DNA of 63,967 nt, the filler included, from Bonamia ostreae (taxonomy: Eukaryota), in NCBI GenBank assembly GCA_040357525.1. It is 10 parts of 10 records of this genome, joined end to end, with 100 filler letters (N's around TTAATTAATTAA, not from the genome) between each part and the next. Parts side by side here need not be neighbours in the genome. Positions count along the whole stretch, not along the records: positions 58,675 to 63,967 come from JBDODL010000205.1; 9 more parts are not named here. The stretch is one strand, 5' to 3'. The translations under genes were made by a program, and so were the position numbers. Positions 63,210-63,967 of this stretch are shown here, piece by piece; the first letter of the stretch is position 1, and every line of letters begins with the position of its first letter. The notes under the pieces are model-generated. The model worked only from the letters and a program-made list of their open reading frames with translations, did not search any database and had not been told where the DNA came from.

Positions 63210-63967
63210 ATGTACACTTTTATTTACGCATTGGTTTTTCTCGACTTTGCAAGTTTTGTTTCCTCATTGTCCATCAACTTAAATAGCCTCAATTCATCCA
63301 AAAGTATGCATGCCGTACATAACATTAGATGGTCGCAACACATACAATCCAGTACTTTGTGTTCCTGGCAACAAAGAATGTTTGGAAAAATGCCTTCCAT
63401 GTTATTCCAGACAAAAAGGAGATAATGAACACAAATGCGACTTTAGTACAGGCGAATGGTCTGGAGAACCACTAGCTTGTCAAAGGGAAGGTTTCATAAT
63501 TTATTGAATAGTCTGTGGCGATCTCCCTGATAATGATACTTTCAGGAATATGAAAATGAACGATTCGAATTGTGCGTGGAACGGAAACTGCACCGTTAGC
63601 TGTGAGGATAATTTTGAAGAAACAAATACTAATAGAAAAATCGTGTGTAGGGAGAACATCGACGAGAAAAATGTTTGCACACCGACTTGGAAATTTGAGT
63701 ATTCTAAACTTGAAAAAAATCTCGTTTGTGGTTGATTCTTTGTTGTTATTATAAACATTCCGAAAAATTAGTTAAACAAATTTAAAAATAAAGTATCGAA
63801 GTCGAAGAATGGAATTATCTATGTGATTTTAAGTTATCTAGCTACAATGGTATTTCTACTCCTATGCACATTAAATTCTTGTAGAATAAATAAAAACAAA
63901 AACAAACCAACATCAACGGCAAATGAAAATCCCCTAGACCAAACAATTCTACATACTTCTGACAATA
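63210..63967 (+). CDS. Cys-rich Sushi/CCP-like type I membrane protein, paralog 3 (runs to window end)
   Basis: GDNEHKCDFSTGEWSGEPLAC; second module; TM IIYVILSYLATMVFLLL. Confidence 0.75.

Overview
Eukaryotic, very AT-rich, gene-dense DNA from a reduced protist-like genome. The tiny introns and divergent housekeeping genes would fit an ascetosporean/haplosporidian-type parasite, but that is inference only. The window is not contiguous: it is about 10 contigs of ~6.3-6.5 kb, in decreasing size order, joined by artificial 100-nt N-TTAATTAATTAA-N linkers, so many genes are truncated. The genetic code is standard. Genes are split by many GT-AG introns, mostly 16-35 nt with GTT donors, plus longer introns filled with local minisatellites. 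Recognisable genes: RNB nuclease, PPP4R2, CAF-1 p60, SPT16, HIRA, PPAN, Lgl/tomosyn-like, VPS53, GNA1, TRM6, Derlin, DIS3-family, P4H-like, cytosolic MDH-family, ZNHIT1, CSE1, poly(A) polymerase, PGK, SDR, TRM5, a multi-GYF protein, NOM1 and a POLQ/HELQ helicase. Best leads: (1) an MDH-family enzyme whose specificity Arg is replaced and whose loop carries a Trp-containing insertion, a candidate independently evolved LDH/2-hydroxyacid dehydrogenase; (2) 16-20 nt introns with non-standard donor context; (3) a tandem family of Sushi/CCP-like membrane proteins; (4) a protein with at least 6 GYF domains; (5) an in-frame TAA in GNA1; (6) a microhomology-deleted duplicate, plus SINE-, LINE- and MITE-like relics. 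All family assignments come from motif recognition by eye; no searches were run.
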